A DNA stretch of 57,740 bases, the filler included, from Sphacelaria rigidula (taxonomy: Eukaryota), in assembly GCA_964200075.2 (NCBI GenBank). It is 8 parts of 8 records of this genome, joined end to end, with 100 filler letters (N's around TTAATTAATTAA, not from the genome) between each part and the next. Parts side by side here need not be neighbours in the genome. Positions count along the whole stretch, not along the records: positions 43,381 to 50,510 come from CAXNAA020016341.1; positions 50,611 to 57,740 come from CAXNAA020016342.1; 6 more parts are not named here. One strand, written 5' to 3'. Of this stretch, positions 48,899 to 57,740 are shown piece by piece. The stretch's first letter is position 1. The number at the start of each line of letters is the position of its first letter. The notes beneath the pieces were generated by a model, which saw only the letters and a list, made by a program, of their open reading frames with translations, searched no databases and was not told the origin of the DNA. The translations under genes were made by a program, and so were the position numbers.

Positions 48899-49377
48899 GT
48901 GACCCCTCGGATAATCAACGAGCTACCTATGGACAAGACCCTCCACGAGAATGAGCTGCAGCACGGCGACATTATTCTCTTCCAGAGGACGCGGCCACTC
49001 GCCCCGCCACCCGTACCGGCACCGGTGAAAAACGTAGAGAGAGGCGGTGGTGCTAAAGCAGGAGCAGATGGCGAAAAACAACATGCGCAAGATCAAGCTG
49101 GCGCCGCGGCTCCAATATCTGCAACGACTGCGGCAGGGGCAGCGGCAGTGGCAAGAGCGGCGGCGGAAGCAGCGGCGCAGGCGGCGGCGCAGGGTTCACC
49201 GACGGGGGACACAGCACCAGCTGCGGGGGGTAGTGTTGCAGGTGGTGCTGTTGGTGCCGCGGTTGGCGCCGGCGCGAGCGGGCAGGAGGGAGAGGAGCAT
49301 GCGGAGAGGCTCGGCGGCAGGAAGCGAGATAGGGCGGAGGAGGAAGGGGGAGCGGTTGGGACAGAAGGGCGGGAAGG
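48899..49377 (+). CDS. USP7: USP7-like deubiquitinase exon
   Basis: CAG| VTPRIINELPMDKTLHENELQHGDIILFQR (USP7 ELxDGDIIxFQ) plus Ala/Gly-rich insert |GTGAGT, phase 2. Confidence 0.88.
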
Positions 49378-49591
49378 GTGAGTCAGTGTGAGCAGAGCGT
49401 TCGATTTGAGACTGCTTAGGTTTTGATGTGTTGTCTTGACTGCGTCTTGGAACTTCATTTACCTGGAGTTGAAGTAATCATCCATCTTACGGTTGAGTAT
49501 GAGAGTAGTAAAGCGGATGCTCCTATCCCTAAGATTCCCAAGACCCTCATTTGTGCCTCTCTTGGGACGAATGAACGAACACAAACATCAG

Positions 49592-49928
49592 CAGCGGCGG
49601 CGCCGACAACGACGCTGGCGACTCACCGAGGAAAATCCCTGCCAACAACACTACTGCGGATCCTCCACTGGCGGCGACAGTTGCCGCTGCCGCCGCCGCT
49701 GGCACGGCTGGCGCCACGGCTGGAAGTGACGATCCCCCAGCCAAGCGCAGCAAGTGCGATGGTAACGGGGAACGGAGCGGGGTTGCTGCCGCTAACCACG
49801 GGGGCGGGGCGGCGGACGTAGATATGGAAGTGGATGAGGAGAAAGAAGAGGAAGAGAGGGTGTGGACCGGGCTTGCGGGGGCTAGGCGGATATTGGTGGA
49901 AGGGGTGTGGCGGGTTCCTGGGAACCAG
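49592..49928 (+). CDS. USP7: USP7-like deubiquitinase, low-complexity exon
   Basis: ATCAG|C phase 2 gives the open frame SGGADNDAGDSP..DVDMEVDEEKEEEERVW..GNQ |GTGTGT. Confidence 0.7.
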
Positions 49929-50261
49929 GTGTGTGGCGTGGGGGGGTGAGCTGCTTGCTTTTCAGAGGAATGTTGTACATGCGTGTAGCCTTCGGCATTT
50001 GTCCCTTTGAATACAGAGGGAGTCTCACCGCAGTGCACAATTGCGATCTGCTACACTATCATGAAGTACTGGCACGATATATGTGATGTATGGGGCCTTG
50101 TGTGAATCTTGAGGTGATTCTATCATTTGTTTTTCTCCTTCATGCTTTTTCCCTCACGTTTTTTTTTTTTTTGGAGGGGCGTGGGGACCTCTCACTTTTT
50201 CCATGCATGATATCCTTTTGTGTTTTGACTGTGTATCATGACATCCAAACATAAATATGTA

Positions 50262-50510
50262 CTTCCTCTGTTTCATAAGTCTGGGCACTCACGGACGTTT
50301 AATCGTTTGCGTATTCAAACCCTTCCCATCATCCTATAGTTGGGTTCGTTGGAAAGATGAAACGCCGTCGAAGCTGATGCAACAAAAAAAATGAAAAAAA
50401 AGTTAGTGATCCATACTAATATGACGTCAAAATATGCCCATTTTGGCCCATTTTTGGTCCACGTATTCCCCAATATTGACCAATTTTGGACGTTTTTACG
50501 TCAAACCCTC
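50262..50510. mobile_element. Stowaway-like MITE, truncated by contig end
   Basis: TA|CTTCCTCTGTTTCATAAGTCTGGG; closely matches 16531-16775. Confidence 0.85.
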
Positions 50511-50610
50511 NNNNNNNNNNNNNNNNNNNNNNNNNNNNNNNNNNNNNNNNNNNNTTAATTAATTAANNNNNNNNNNNNNNNNNNNNNNNNNNNNNNNNNN
50601 NNNNNNNNNN
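50511..50610. other. Artificial contig linker
   Basis: N44-TTAATTAATTAA-N44. Confidence 0.99.
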
Positions 50611-50689
50611 CGAAAGGGATGCGTGGTCAATGGTCAAACGACTAAGGCAAGCAACAAATGAGTACGCCCCCCCCCCTCCGTGAATGATT

Positions 50690-51779
50690 TAACTTTGCAG
50701 CAACGCTTCCCGGAAAAGACGCACAGGAAAATCCCTACCGAAAACGTGGCATGTCGGTGGTCGTGGTACGTGATGCTACCGGTGTCTTTGGAGCCCAAGA
50801 GCTTCGTGATCCTCGGCAGTGATGCGGCCAACAATCACGGGAAGGGAGGGACATCATCACCACCGAGGAGAACTGGAGACACGCGGCGATTATAATGAGG
50901 ACGTTGGAGCTCTTCAAGGAAGCAATGGAGTCCATGGACGGTGATTGCCTTGGCCTGTCGATGGTACCCTGCATCATGTCCGCCTTGAACTCCCACATCG
51001 AGTCAGAGCAGGAGGCTCACGAGGAGGACAGCGTGTTCGTCGTGGCCAGGGAGGACATGCTCCTCGACCACAGCGATCGCTCGGTCGACCTTCCCGTCGA
51101 GATGACTAAGACTTGCTGTGCTAGCGCATGTAGAAACGTCCGCGACTGGCTCACGGCTGAAGAGCGAACGTGTGGCGCAACCTCATTCTTACTGACCTTG
51201 ACATAACCTTTAGAAACGACATTGCGGCCGAGAGAGCGCAGCTTGGAGACGCGGACGATGGGGTGAATTGATCCGGGTCCGGACGTGGGGCCAGCGATCG
51301 CAGGCCGGGAGGGGAGTCCCCTCACAAGAAGAAAAGGAACTCTTTCACCGAGGGGTGTGGAGACTGCGAGGGCCATGGGCGCCGGAGATGAAACGGAGGA
51401 CAGAGGTTAGAAGGGAGGTGCTGGGGAACGTTCAAGAAGCACCGGAGGAGCACCACTCTTCCTAGTGCAGGCTTGCCACTCGCAGCAAGGGTCGCCGCAG
51501 CCGAGCAGGAGATTCAACGTTTTGTTCTTGAGCAGGGGCTCTTCGGTGACGCCGCCGCGAGAAAGGCCGACCTCAGCTGGTGGTGCCGGCACCAATTCGC
51601 ATAGTCATCTGTGGCTCGTTTGGCAATCAAGTACCTCGTTATTCCACCGTCGCCACCGGCGACTGGATGGTTGTATGTTCTCCATGGCTGGCATCATCGT
51701 CATTGAGACGCGCAATCGGCCGGAGGACGACGCCTCCAACGCACTTGTTTTTCTGGACGGTTCGCACGGCTTGGCGTAG
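50690..51779 (+). pseudogene. Degenerate hAT transposase (C-terminal half)
   Basis: CRWSWYVML (TRWxSxYxML-like); SWWCRHQFA*SSVARLAIKYLVIP and, after a frameshift, MFSMAGIIVIETRNR..ALVFL (dimerisation domain). Confidence 0.82.
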
Positions 51780-52551
51780 TTCAGCGGAATGTCGGAGAAG
51801 GAACTTGGCAGGAGAAAAAAAATGGCTAAATTTATCACATGAAAGCCGCGGTGCCACTGGGCACCATGGCCCTGTATACTGTACTGTGCAGTGCGATACA
51901 GTGGTGCAGAATAATCAGCTTGTGGGCACAGCGCTTTCATCAAGTATAGCTTACCGCGGTATCTTTCTCATGCCTCAAAGCTCCTTAATTCGTTATTCAA
52001 GATGTCTCTCGCTGTGTTGTGTTCGTTCTTTCTTCTTCCGTCGTCGGCTTGTATCGAGGACCGCACCCACCCCTGGCATCAAAGTTCCCAGGGAATAAGG
52101 CCAAAGTAGGGTGTATGTTCGAGTCCAAAATCGTGGTTACACACCACATTTGAAAATATTGCAGTGGTGGCAGCAACCGTCGTGAAACAAAAGGAAGCTG
52201 GGTGCCAAGTATTCGCGTACCATGTAGTCAATTTTGACTGTGGTCCCTAGTTAATTGGTTGATTTCGGTAGCGCCGCCAGTTCGGCCATGCTCTCATCCA
52301 GTAGTTCAGCCATTTCAGCCATATGTAGCGAAGCTGCGACCTGTAAGATCTACGGTTGCGCGTGCACTCGTTGGAAGCATAAGACAGAATAATAGCGAGG
52401 TTGGGACGCGCCTTGCCGAGAATTCGTCCAAGCGTATGAACTCCGAGCCCTCAGCCCGCCAGCGGTCCTCTTAGTCGCCATTTTTAGTCCGGATATTGAT
52501 TTTGTATCGTTTTGTATCGAGCTACCGAATATCGAACCGTTCCAACGTGTA

Positions 52552-55500
52552 TATATTTATAGATCGCTCTGCTTCGCATCGCGCTTGCAATTTTCCTATC
52601 ATTTCCAACATTGGAATGTAATGGAAAAGGGACAGAAGAAACTGACGCCTTCAATGAAGAGCGATGGGACTCGCCTTCTTCGGCGGCATCTGAGCCGCCG
52701 GCGTGAAGGAGAGAGAGTGCTAGAGCTGTTGGGGCCCTTTTTAACGAAGGGGATTCCCCTCTTTCACAATCCACTTCAACAGGGGATTGGCCCCATAACG
52801 ACCAGTCCCCAGTCCTATCGACAAGAAGTTTTGTATAGATTCGAACCCGGATCTGCACACAGGTTGAGAAATGCGGCGGGTCTGGAAGTGGTCGATAGTC
52901 CAAGCAGGTCCAAGGTCTGTGTAATGCTGCAGATAAGACACAACAAGGCACCACAACACCTACACACCCAGCCTCGAAAAAACACGCACAGACACCCACC
53001 TGGCGGCTGTAGGCGTTTCAAGAACAACCGAAAACTTGTCGTTGCTGACCGTTTTGTGAGCGTGTGCTGCGCGCGCGTCTCACACAAATCATCATTTCTC
53101 GATGAATTCCGAAGAAATGTGAGCAAGGTCACGCACAACGTGCACAGCTGATGAGCAGCTACGGCTTGATTTGCTGTCAAACAAAGACTGTTGTGCGTAC
53201 GCTCAATCTCAGCGGAGACCAAACCGTCTCCGCAAGGTCTAAACACACCCCAGAACAGTGATAGCTACAGTACATGAGAGCGGAAGTGAGTGTGTTTGTG
53301 CTGCAGTACAGTGAGACAAGAAACGTGCCATGTTTTAGTTCTTCGGCTGATATCAAACGGGCCCTCACTGTTTGCAGGGTGCCAATGTTGAACGCTCGGA
53401 CATGATCGCCCTTCGCGCAAATAATAGTCAATTAAAATATCTCTTTGTATGGGTCCTGTGCCTAAAATTCGTGACGCGGCACATGGTCACTCGTGTACAA
53501 TACACACAGTTATGGGCGCGCCTGACCCCCCAAAATGGACAAAAAAAGTGTCACCGACCAAAAGCACGAACAGGTCGGAGATCTCGTTCATCCCCTGATT
53601 ATGCACGCCGTTAAATCCCCCAAAGTACTTGTGATTTGAGTGGGGTTTCCACTTGACGATTTCGCATTTTCGTCGTGCCGGACTACGAACCACGGCGTGC
53701 CTAGGCTACTCACCGGCGTGTATTTGTCCAAGCTCCAATCTGGTACCATTGTGGAACCGAAGGAGTTCCGGTGATCGAGAAAATTGCAATATATATATAT
53801 AATATATATATATATTTCACTTAATTTGTTATAAAACTCGAATTCCGATTAGATTAAAAAAAAATCGACCACCAGATTTGTAGCTGCCGTCTTGGTGCAG
53901 ATGATGCAAAAAAACGCATCCAAATCGATCGCCTTGGCGATGAGTAATATGAGCAACCGTTTGGGCTATGAGCGCAAACCAGCGCCTCCAACACTCGCCG
54001 GTTTCCACGACATGCAAAAATCTCACCCCTGTCAAAGGGCCTCAGAATAGATTACACCCATTAATTACTCTTGATAGTGAAGATGGTTGATACATGGCAT
54101 TTGTGGAATGTTCGCAGGTGTGGAATTTGAACCTTTGACCGAATCCCTAGAGGCTTCCGTGTCTGCGGATATTTACCCCCATCTGTGCATCGCTTCTTAT
54201 AGTGGCACGAGTAGCGCTCGTTCTCCTGCACCCGGTGCCATCACCACGCCACCATCGATAGCGTATTTTTGTATCTAATCTCGCCTGGCGGCAAGTGGAC
54301 AAACTCTGAACTAAAGGAGAAAAGAAAGCCACAGAGCAAGCTGGCGTTCAAGAAGAGAGAGCAGTATCCGTCCGCAATGGCAACACACTCCAACAGCCGT
54401 CATAGACATGATCATGAGTCACACGAACGAAAGCAAGAATCATCTTGGCGACCTTGCAGCAGCGAAGCGAACAAATTAGAAAAACAAACCTAACCCCAAC
54501 CACAACAAGGGCATACCGAGAATCGTCGGGCAAGGCGGGTGCAACGTGTTCCCTAAGCGAAGTGTGCGTTGCCAGACTTCAAATCGTTGCCCCAGACCCC
54601 GACTCGGACAAAAATGCGTTGTAGGCACGCTAGGAGCATGCTAGAAGCACAGCTTCCATGAAAAGATCCGGATTTCGGTGTTGACAATAAAATCAAGATG
54701 GATCAACTTACCCTCCCGAATGGTCAACTATACTGCGTCAAGACGACACAGAAGACAGCATGAAGTCGTCAGCCCACTTGTGCTGAACCCACATGGCACC
54801 GAAGCCCCCATTCATGTTTTTCAGTGCACCAACCCGTCTTAAGACACGCGTCCGTTGTAACGGCAGTGGTGGGTGACTACCGACGGTTTGTGTTCATCCC
54901 CCCTTGGAACACGATATCGTAGGAGTCCGATGAAAATCATGCGTATTCATGAAATGTAAAGACATACCCACGGAACAACAAACACGCTTGCACAGGGCGA
55001 GTCATTCATCCGCTAAAATTGTAGAACGATGGGATCCGACAAATCAAATGTCCTCAAAACATGACGAGGAAGTCGACCAACATTCGCCCAGCCTACATGA
55101 CACACCCGGCGGCTGTACTCCACTCGTCTGTGTAAGGGCAGTCGTCGTCGAAGTTCATCAGTACATATGGTTCTGTCGCAAATTGAGCATATGATTTTGC
55201 AAAATAAATGGTTCAGCGTTCCCGTTTCAGGCGTTGGGCTACAAATGTTCATGGTTGATATTACTTGGTTCGGGTGTGTACAACGAAAATCGGAATTCAA
55301 GTAGTACCGACAGTCCCGTGGGCTCCTCGTGTGAGCAGTTTCGTTTCAATCGGCGCCACAGGCGCAGATTTGGGTCTACCAAGGCCTCACTTTGTTCTGA
55401 GAATGTATGTACCGCCCTTGCCCGAGGGTTCTCGGTGTGCGTTGGGTTGAGTCAACCCAACTAGCCTCCCGGCATTCCAGCGTATCGCAAGCGTGGACGA

Positions 55501-56450
55501 AAAGCTACGCGGATATGAGGAACAACAACGGAAGTAACGGTAGGGTTCTTGATATGAATTTTGGATCCATGTCGTTCTCTTCCGATGACGTTAGGCATAT
55601 TTTACCTGACGAGCCTAGATAAGCCCCCAAAGTCGATATGTTCGTGTCTTTTCGTGATTTTGGTCATTGACACTTTTTTTGCCCAGTTTGGGGGGTCAGG
55701 CGCGCCCATAACAGTCTGTACTGTCTGCACCGCTTGCAAGCAGGGTGTCTTCAGTGCATGTGCGCGTGTTTCGTTCAGGAGGATATGAAGGAGAAGCGGG
55801 CAACACGCAGTGCAGAGAGCCCAGGACTATCAGTCCTCCCTGCTTACAATGCGATGTGAAGAGGACCTCAGCAACGTGCAGCTTTGTACAGACTGCATTA
55901 TCCATGAGCGTGCACGCAACTCGTTGCCCACAGTACCACGTAGTTCTGTCGCTGATACCCATCATGAGAGAAGACGTGCAAGTTTTCACCAACAAAACAT
56001 AAGAAAGCATACCCAGCTACCGCAGTGTATCTATCTACAAGTGATAGCGTGCTGTCCGCCTCCCCTGTCCGTGTACCACCTCCCCTGTCCGTGTACCACC
56101 TCCCCTGTCCAAGTACAGGCTGTACTCTGCAAGCACAGAGAGTACAGTAGTGACCGTGTCATGCTGTTTACAGTCCGTCTTCAGGTTTTAACACTAGAAA
56201 ACACTGCAGAACTGCCGTGTTGTCTGGTGTTCAGTGTAGTACTCTGCACTTCATAAACCACTGCAGAGTTGTCTTGTGCTGAGTGTACTACCCTGTACTC
56301 CAGACAATGGGGTCATTTTTTGAGCGGTTTTTCAAACGTTATGTTTTTTTTTTGAAAAGTTCTCGAAACGTTCTGCTCGTTCTTCTGTCACAGAAATCCA
56401 ATGCTGGATCTGGAATAGCCTGAGACAACAACCAATTTGAAAATTGGAAT
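52552..56450. repeat. Long dispersed repeat copy (partner of 17392-21165)
   Basis: Collinear homology; lacks the three contig-3 insertions and has its own 2.2-kb insertion. Confidence 0.85.
53511..55710. mobile_element. 2200-bp TIR element with 5-bp TSD, superfamily unassigned
   Basis: ACAGT|TATGGGCGCGCCTGACCCCCC...GGGGGGTCAGGCGCGCCCATA|ACAGT; TIR 55/60; empty site TACACACAATCTGTACT at ~20418-20434. Confidence 0.92.
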
Positions 56451-57091
56451 ATATTGATATTATATCGATTACTGGTGTGAAAAGGTGATTCCTCGGCTGA
56501 CACCTGTGGGGATGTGCCCCTTCACGTGGTGATTCCCAGTCCCCCTCCCCCCCCCCTCCCCCGCTGTGAGCGTCCTGAGTCGTTCTTTCGACTAGAAAAG
56601 GTGTGTAGGAGTAACCTTTTTCGCCTGCTAGCGGTGAGGATATACATCATTTTTCACATATTTTTCACGTGTGTTGGATCCCCAAGCTGACAGTCTCCAC
56701 AGATGATTTTCCCGTGAGTCTCTGAACTCTGCTCCAAAGTCATCCACCAGTTGTGTGGTCCCCCACCAATTCCACGACTCTTTTATCCCGCCGTAACTCT
56801 TTGCCGCTTTCTTGGTAGTAGCCGGGGTTCGAACGCGGGACTGTATGCTCATGAAGCGTACGAGTCATGTCATGGTGTCGCCACCGTGAAAAGGTGGTTC
56901 CTCCACGAATACTTGTGGGAATGTTTCCCTTCCATGTGGTGGTTCCCACGTTGAACGTTTCTTGTCCATAATGCGTTGACCTGACTTTCGTTTCAATCAA
57001 CAACACTAGTGAGGATTGCAACCGCCTCAACGTTGGATTGACTCATTTCAGTTCCATGATGAGGCCGGCCGAAAATATATATATAGATATA

Positions 57092-57580
57092 CTTCCTCTG
57101 TCCCATACGTCTGGTCGGTTATGTTTGTACGAGCCTCTACCCGTGTCCGATCTGATTTTCTATGTTTTCTTTTCGATTTCTCGCCTTTTTTTTTAGTCAG
57201 AAGCATATCTCTTCTTTCGCAGCACGCTGTAGAACTATGCGGCCGAACGACCGCGGAAAAAACGATGTGCCAAAAAATGGTCGTATTTCGCCCCTTTCTC
57301 AGGGGCAAAAAAAGTGTCAGAAAAAAACAGCTGGTCGGTCGAGGAAATTCCTGATCGTCTCGTCCACCTGATCGCAGATAAAGGTGATTTGGCGAAGCTT
57401 CTGAGCAGGGGAAGAGAAGGGTTTGATGCGGCGAGCCGCCTTTGCCTCCCCCTCTTTTTTGAAACACCGCCGCACGGTCTCCTTGCCGTAATCCAGCCCA
57501 ATGTCTTTCAGCTGACCAGACACCTGCCGGAACGTCAATGACTGATTCTGCTTGTTGACGTTCATCAGCGCCGCAACCTT
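57092..57580 (-). mobile_element. Internally deleted mariner (DD39D/plant-type-like): TIR plus transposase N-terminal fragment (57317-57565)
   Basis: TA|CTTCCTCTGTCCCATA terminus; LTFRQVSGQLKDIG..ETVRRCFKKEG..RIKPFSSPAQKLRQITFICDQVD..FLD. Confidence 0.72.
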
Positions 57581-57740
57581 TCACGGTTAGGACAAATCAA
57601 GATTTATGCGAGTCGACTCGCCATGACGCGTGTATAAACCGTAGGTCCCACTGAGTCGAGGGTGAATAACACATGTGCACCGCAGTCATCTCGCGCGCAT
57701 TACAGCTGTTAGAAATTTACGCGTGGTTCAGGGCCCATCG

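Noticed and set aside
55120..55160. YTDEW as a Merlin/IS1595 catalytic motif
   Set aside because: A five-residue match in a stop-ridden frame; other motifs are absent and the 5-bp TSD does not fit.
56478..56946. LTR pair (imperfect ~55-bp direct repeats at ~56478 and ~56886)
   Set aside because: Too short and diverged, with no TG..CA ends, PBS or TSD; a degenerate SINE-like head lies between them.

Overview
Eukaryotic genomic DNA, very probably a brown alga (Phaeophyceae). The evidence is an EsV-1-7 Cys-repeat gene, short GT-AG exons in long repeat-filled introns, and RTE-type LINEs. The window is not one locus. It is eight unrelated contigs of 7130 bp each (1-7130, 7231-14360, 14461-21590, 21691-28820, 28921-36050, 36151-43280, 43381-50510, 50611-57740), joined by an artificial 100-bp linker N44-TTAATTAATTAA-N44. 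Most ORFs in the track are spurious. Manual splicing recovers partial host genes: a multi-dsRBD protein (4 exons, contig 2), the last exon of an ABCC transporter (contig 4), a TTC12/UNC-45-like ARM protein (3 exons, contig 5), an intronless protein with about 15 EsV-1-7 repeats of 38 aa (contig 6) and a USP7-like deubiquitinase (5 exons, contig 7). The rest is nested mobile DNA, several ends of which are supported by filled and empty sites within the window: hAT derivatives, TTAA piggyBac-like MITEs, Stowaway-like MITEs with a DD39D-type mariner remnant, Sola2-like MITEs, a 2.2-kb TIR element with an unusual 5-bp TSD, tRNA-derived SINEs and RTE LINEs. The best leads are the modular EsV-1-7 array (hypervariable positions, 7-unit higher-order period), two head-to-head paralogous exons of unknown family, the 5-bp-TSD transposon and the hidden multi-dsRBD gene. 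All family names come from motif recognition by eye; no database search was run.
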